From assembly GCA_002451465.1 (NCBI GenBank), contig DKCJ01000003.1:530-64529 (forward strand): DNA of 64,000 nt, written 5' to 3'. The DNA is from Bacillales bacterium UBA6877. Its GTDB lineage: Bacteria; Bacillota_I; Bacilli_A; RFN20; CAG-826. The notes beneath the pieces were generated by a model. It was not told the DNA's origin and did no database searches. It saw nothing but the letters and a program-made list of their open reading frames with translations. The translations under genes and the position numbers were made by a program. Positions 61,267 through 64,000 of the stretch are shown here, piece by piece; position 1 is the first letter of the stretch; each line of letters starts with the position of its first letter.

Positions 61267-62231
61267 TATTTAATATATCCACCAACAGTAAATAAATCTC
61301 TATTACCATTATAAAAATCAGAAATTTTCATCATTTTTTTGCCTGGTTTTTGAATAGAGAGTATTTGAATTATATTATCACTTGTACCAATATAGAGACC
61401 GGTCTTATCATATCTATATACTTTACCAATATCATACTTAATATTTACTATTTTACTACTATCAACTTTATAATTTAATCCATTATAAATAAAATAACAT
61501 CCAGGGTTACTTGTTAAAGCTCTAATTTGGTTATGAATTTTTATCGCACTATTTTCAAAAGAAATGCATTGGTTTTCAGGTTTAATCTTTGAAGTAAATG
61601 TTACTAAATTTTCATCTTGAACTTCACCCTTATTCTCACCACTTATATATGAAGGCAATCCTTCAACCAATGTCTCAAAAGCGCAATCAGCAAGTTTAGT
61701 TATTAGTGAATCATAATTATCATCATCATTAATTGGAATCTCTTTTTTATAATACATTCTTCCAGCATCCATTTTGTCCACCATTTGCATTAATGTAATG
61801 CCAGTTACCTTATCACCATTCAATAAAGAATACTGTATAGGTGCAGCACCTCTATATTTTGGAAGTAAAGAACCATGCAAATTAACGCAGCCAAACCTAG
61901 GAATTTCAAGCATTTCATGTGGTATAATTTGTCCATAAGCAAGACAAACAATTAAATCAGGTTTTAAATCTTTTATAAACTTATAATCCATACGAATCTT
62001 CAAAGGTTGATAAACAGGTATGTTGTACTTTGTAGCAACAACTTTAGTTGGAACTGGTTCCAATATCTTTTTCCGACCAACTGGTTTATCTATCTGTGCT
62101 ACAACACCAATGACGTTATAGCCATTTTCAATTATTTTTTCTAAAACTATCGCACTAATTTTAGGCGTTCCCAACCATAAAATTCTAATTTTTTTAATTT
62201 CAATTAAGTTTTCCATATGGATATTATACAT
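61266..62231 (-). CDS. fmt: Methionyl-tRNA formyltransferase.
   Basis: ILWLGTPKISAIVLEKI N-terminus and the formyltransferase core. An alternative start lies at 62216. Confidence 0.85.
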   Translation of the reverse strand: MYNIHMENLIEIKKIRILWLGTPKISAIVLEKIIENGYNVIGVVAQIDKPVGRKKILEPVPTKVVATKYNIPVYQPLKIRMDYKFIKDLKPDLIVCLAYGQIIPHEMLEIPRFGCVNLHGSLLPKYRGAAPIQYSLLNGDKVTGITLMQMVDKMDAGRMYYKKEIPINDDDNYDSLITKLADCAFETLVEGLPSYISGENKGEVQDENLVTFTSKIKPENQCISFENSAIKIHNQIRALTSNPGCYFIYNGLNYKVDSSKIVNIKYDIGKVYRYDKTGLYIGTSDNIIQILSIQKPGKKMMKISDFYNGNRDLFTVGGYIK

Positions 62232-62289
62232 TAATAAAGCTTAAATTATAGTTTTTAGATAAATAAAAACATTTTTTAAGCAATGTTAT

Positions 62290-62318
62290 TTGATTTTTAT
62301 GTATCTTTTTACTATAAT
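62290..62318 (+). promoter_or_regulatory. rpsT promoter: TTGATT, 17-nt spacer, TATAAT.
   Basis: ttgatttttatgtatctttttactataat lies about 26 nt upstream of the gaaagga RBS and the ATG at 62345. Confidence 0.45.
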
Positions 62319-62344
62319 TTTAGGCGTATTGAAAGGAAATCATT

Positions 62345-62605
62345 ATGGCGAATATTAAATCACAAAAAAAGAGAATACTTACAAACGAAAAAGCTCGTGT
62401 TAGAAATGTTCACTGCAAATCAAAATTAAGAACCGCAATAAAAGTTGTAAAAGCAGATGTTGAAAAGAAAGACAAAGAAGCAGCTCAAAAAGATCTTAAA
62501 TTAGCAGTTTCATTAATCGATCGTTCCGTTGCAAAAGGAATTCAACATAAAAAGACAGCAGCAAGACAAAAAGCTGAAATCCAACATTTAGTTAATTCTT
62601 TATAA
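62345..62605 (+). CDS. rpsT: 30S ribosomal protein S20.
   Basis: MANIKSQKKRILTNEKARVRN. 86 aa. Confidence 0.9.
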   Translation: MANIKSQKKRILTNEKARVRNVHCKSKLRTAIKVVKADVEKKDKEAAQKDLKLAVSLIDRSVAKGIQHKKTAARQKAEIQHLVNSL

Positions 62606-62610
62606 ATAAT

Positions 62611-62637
62611 ACCTCGCTATGCGAGGTTTTTATTTTT
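62611..62637 (+). terminator. Rho-independent terminator after rpsT. It abuts the convergent holA stop.
   Basis: acctcgc tat gcgaggt, a 7-bp GC-containing stem, followed by TTTTATTTTT. Confidence 0.65.
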
Positions 62638-63594
62638 CTAAAAATTCGCTATAAATAATTCAAAACCAAAATATTTATCAATTTGACTATGTTTTATATC
62701 TCTATCTAACTCAAATAATTTATCAATCGCTCTAGACAATGTTTCTCGTTTTATATTTTTAAAGCTCATAATATTCATCCTAACAAAATAAGGATTAGCT
62801 CCTATTTCAGAAGCAATCGCTCCAAATGAAAGATTTTTATCATAAAGATACAAAATCTTATCTAATAATATTAGTTGATTAGCAAAAATAGCGATTAAAA
62901 CAACAGGATCAGCATTTTTTGCGGTTTGTAAATCTCTAAAGATTTCAATTGCCCTAATTTTGTTGTTGCGCAATAAAGCGTTTTGTAATTCAAAAATGTC
63001 GTTATTTAAAGGTTTAGTAAAAATATTTTTAACATCCTCTAAATATATATGATCTTGTTTATAAAGTAGTAATTTTTTACTTTCATTAATAAAAGTATTG
63101 AAATCTCCATTACTCCTTTTGCAAATTTCTTCAATTGCACTATCTTCAATTAAAACATTCTTTTTCTTAAAAAATAACGAAACTTGTTTAGGCCACTCAC
63201 TTTCGGTTAAATCTTTACAAAAAATGATATTTTTTTCATTAATAGACTTATATATTCTGCTCTTACTATCTAATTTTTTCTCATTAACAACATTAAAAAT
63301 TAATATAGTATTTTTATTTTCGTTTTTTAAATAATCAATTAACTTATTGGAATATGAAAATTTACCCTCAACTCTTTCGCCTGTCAAAAAATTACAATTT
63401 TCAACAACAATTACCTTTAAGTTATTATATAAAGAATACTGCTCACATTCGTCTAAAAGTTCATCTTCAGTAATTTTAGTAGAATCAAAATAAATACTCT
63501 CTACATCACCACTATTTTTGGTTTTATCCTCGATAAGTTTCTTTGTTTGTTTTTTAACTAATAATTGTTGTGAACCATAAACTATAAATGCCAT
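62638..63594 (-). CDS. holA: DNA polymerase III delta subunit.
   Basis: N-terminal YGxxxxL pattern. 318 aa. comEC-holA-rpsT synteny as in B. subtilis. Confidence 0.7.
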   Translation of the reverse strand: MAFIVYGSQQLLVKKQTKKLIEDKTKNSGDVESIYFDSTKITEDELLDECEQYSLYNNLKVIVVENCNFLTGERVEGKFSYSNKLIDYLKNENKNTILIFNVVNEKKLDSKSRIYKSINEKNIIFCKDLTESEWPKQVSLFFKKKNVLIEDSAIEEICKRSNGDFNTFINESKKLLLYKQDHIYLEDVKNIFTKPLNNDIFELQNALLRNNKIRAIEIFRDLQTAKNADPVVLIAIFANQLILLDKILYLYDKNLSFGAIASEIGANPYFVRMNIMSFKNIKRETLSRAIDKLFELDRDIKHSQIDKYFGFELFIANF

Positions 63595-63611
63595 GTATTT
63601 ATTCTACACTT

Positions 63612-64000
63612 TTAGCACCAAAATTTATACTTAATTGTTCCTTCGATGTCGGTTCGTTTTATCTTTACATTATACTTATTCAAAATATCGATTACCTCTT
63701 TATGGGGATGGTTATAAAAATTTTTATAACCACAACTTATGATAGCTTCTTTAGGTTTAATGGTTTTAACGAATTCTTCGCATGTTGAGGTATTACTTCC
63801 ATGGTGACCCACTTTTAAATAATCGCACTTTATATTTTTATTATCTTTTATAATTTTTTTCTCAATTTCTTTAGGAGCATCGCCCATTAGTAAAAAACTA
63901 TTATTTTTTATTTTAAAATTCAAAACTAATGAATTATAGTTTTCATCATAATTAAAATTTCTGTATATATTTAAATTTTCAAATTCAAGTCCACCAATAT
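63612..64000 (-). CDS. comEC: Competence protein ComEC, C-terminal metallo-beta-lactamase domain. The gene continues beyond the window end.
   Basis: DYLKVGHHGSNTS motif. The minus-strand frame stays open from 63923 to 64000. Confidence 0.65.
   Translation of the reverse strand, partial: IGGLEFENLNIYRNFNYDENYNSLVLNFKIKNNSFLLMGDAPKEIEKKIIKDNKNIKCDYLKVGHHGSNTSTCEEFVKTIKPKEAIISCGYKNFYNHPHKEVIDILNKYNVKIKRTDIEGTIKYKFWC

Noticed and set aside
1-64000. Genetic code 4 (TGA as Trp), as expected for many Mollicutes.
   Set aside because: Full-length conserved proteins such as DnaK, LepA and ParC are intact with TGA as stop. TGA is seen as a genuine stop at 42636-42638. Trp codons are TGG.

Overview
This is a very AT-rich, gene-dense window of a low-GC Gram-positive-type or Mollicute-like chromosome (Bacillota or Acholeplasma-like lineage). 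The standard genetic code applies. TGG encodes Trp and TGA is a stop; for example the cdd stop TGA overlaps the era start as ATGA at 42636-42639. Long housekeeping ORFs are intact under table 11. Almost all of the window is core housekeeping, and gene order closely mirrors known Bacillus subtilis loci. The plus-strand block runs SecDF-like (5-prime partial), recJ, relA/spoT, hisS, aspS, tkt, Asp23-like, nusB, xseA, xseB, dinB, xerC/D-like, deoB, then an ABC-type lipoprotein and permease. A minus-strand block follows: yqeG, yqeH, yhbY, a degenerate NadD-YqeK fusion, and rsfS. Next come plsY (plus) and parE-parC (minus), then minus-strand efp, yneF, an MBL hydrolase, and an unannotated rpmG. After ispG, nfo and cshA comes the macromolecular-synthesis locus era, recO, glyQS, dnaG, rpoD, trmK, plus a second sigma-70 paralog. 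Then follow ybeY, cdd, rpsU, deoC, rpmF and the heat-shock locus lepA, hemW, hrcA, grpE, dnaK, dnaJ, rsmE, mtaB, ending with fmt, rpsT, holA and comEC (partial at the window end). No rRNA, tRNA, CRISPR arrays or obvious transposases were seen. Several rho-independent terminators and consensus sigma-A promoters are visible. These include an hrcA promoter with two CIRCE-like inverted repeats. The non-canonical content sits as small insertions into otherwise conserved operons. One is a hypothetical protein with a C-terminal winged helix and a possible degenerate Fic motif, together with a small membrane protein, lying between lepA and hemW. One is a PD-(D/E)xK nuclease fused to an XPD/DinG-like Fe-S helicase. 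One is a solitary 172-aa protein read by eye as MazF/ToxN-like, next to a repeat-bearing AT-rich spacer. One is a C39-peptidase transmembrane protein lacking an ABC ATPase. One is an unknown 252-aa gene embedded between rsmE and mtaB. One is a tandem sigma-factor duplication. One is a 680-bp gene-free convergent spacer. All functional calls rest on motif recognition by eye and on synteny. No database searches were run.
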